Positions 62,881-64,000 of a DNA stretch of 64,000 bases are shown in pieces; the first letter of the stretch is position 1, and each line of letters opens with the position of its first letter. The stretch is taken from NCBI GenBank assembly GCA_951406725.2, contig OX597838.1, forward strand, positions 30,442,001-30,506,000, in the 5' to 3' direction. This DNA is from Octopus vulgaris. Its lineage: Eukaryota. The translations under genes were made by a program, and so were the position numbers. The notes under the pieces are model-generated. The model was not told where the DNA came from, searched no databases, and was given only the letters and a program-made list of their open reading frames with translations.

Positions 62881-63280
62881 AAACAAAATATGTGTGTGTG
62901 CATGTGTGTGTATGTATAAATATGGGCTTCTTTCAGTTTCCACCTACCAAATCCACTCACAAGGCTTTGGTTTGCTCAAGGCTATAGCAGAAGACACTTG
63001 CCCAAGGTGCCACGCAGTAGGACTGAACCTGGAACCACGTGGTTGGGAAGCAAGCTTCTTACCACACAGCCATAATCCTCATCTCTGCTGATGTGATGAT
63101 GTGGTGTTTTTGGTATGTAGTGTGTGTGTGTGTGTGTAATTAGTTGAATGTTGTCATTTAAGGGTGTGTCACTAATTAACCAATCATTAATTTGTCTCTC
63201 CCACCTGCTTTCTCTAGCCTCCCCCCCCACCATCACTACCTTCACAATTTCATTTCTCTCTAATTATCTCCTGTACCAGC

Positions 63281-63314
<34 letters not shown>

Positions 63315-64000
63315 TTCCCTCTCTTTCTTTCTCTTTCTCTCTCTTTCTCTCTCTCTTTCTTTCTCTCTCTCTCCCCAGTGTCTCTACCTCTGATCTGACT
63401 CTCCCTTTGCATTTAACCTTTCACAATCCAACCTCTTTCTCATCCTCTCTCTCTATCTCTCTCTCAAACACACACACACACACACACACACACATCAAAT
63501 ACACAGTTGCCTCTTTTCATTCTCATTGTCTTTCTCTCCCTCCTTCTTTCTCTCCTTCCTTCTCTTACATTACAAACCATCATAGCTATGACTACAATAA
63601 GCCTATTGTCCTATCAAACCACCACCACCACCACCACCACCATTACCACAACAACAATGGAACCAGAATGAAAGTCTGAGATTTAGGTGACATGCCTCCT
63701 CCACTCCCCATCCATCTTTTACATTCACACTTTCACCAAGCCAACCAGACAAATCTCTATGTAGTCACTTAGTCTGCTAGAAATAGTAGCCAAATTTCCC
63801 TAACAACTCATTAGATACACACAACATTCGCATACACACACACAGCCGTTCAAGAATTTGGACCTGGAGATCTCCAATTCCAGCGACTTCGAGGGCCTCC
63901 TCCCAGTGGTGTCGGGCGTCAACAAAGAGCCCTAAATTTGAAATCATTATTATTATTATTATTATCATTATTATCATTATTATTATTATTATTGAGTGAG

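Overview
This is AT-rich eukaryotic genomic DNA dominated by microsatellites and SINEs; the repeat families suggest an octopus or other coleoid cephalopod (inference). Host coding content is small. It comprises a Ser/Thr kinase C-lobe exon at the window start (14-151, +), a divergent TMEM45/DUF716-like gene with one coding exon (11110-12090, -), and a 713-aa low-complexity protein with PLDLS and LxxLL motifs, also in one coding exon (46135-48276, -). Most other ORFs in the track are microsatellite or SINE artefacts. Mobile DNA includes several tRNA- and RTE-derived SINE families, fragments of CR1, RTE, Tx1/L1 and RLE LINEs, a full-length decayed mariner, and MITEs. The main unannotated signal is a set of short Penelope-like mini-elements in (TA)n tracts that carry hammerhead-ribozyme motifs: two with perfect catalytic cores (26845-26928 and 60666-60771, both -) and six minimal variants. 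Also notable are a recurring exact 184-bp SINE module with a shared breakpoint, and a 3' stem-loop shared between a SINE and a LINE. All family names come from by-eye recognition, not database searches.
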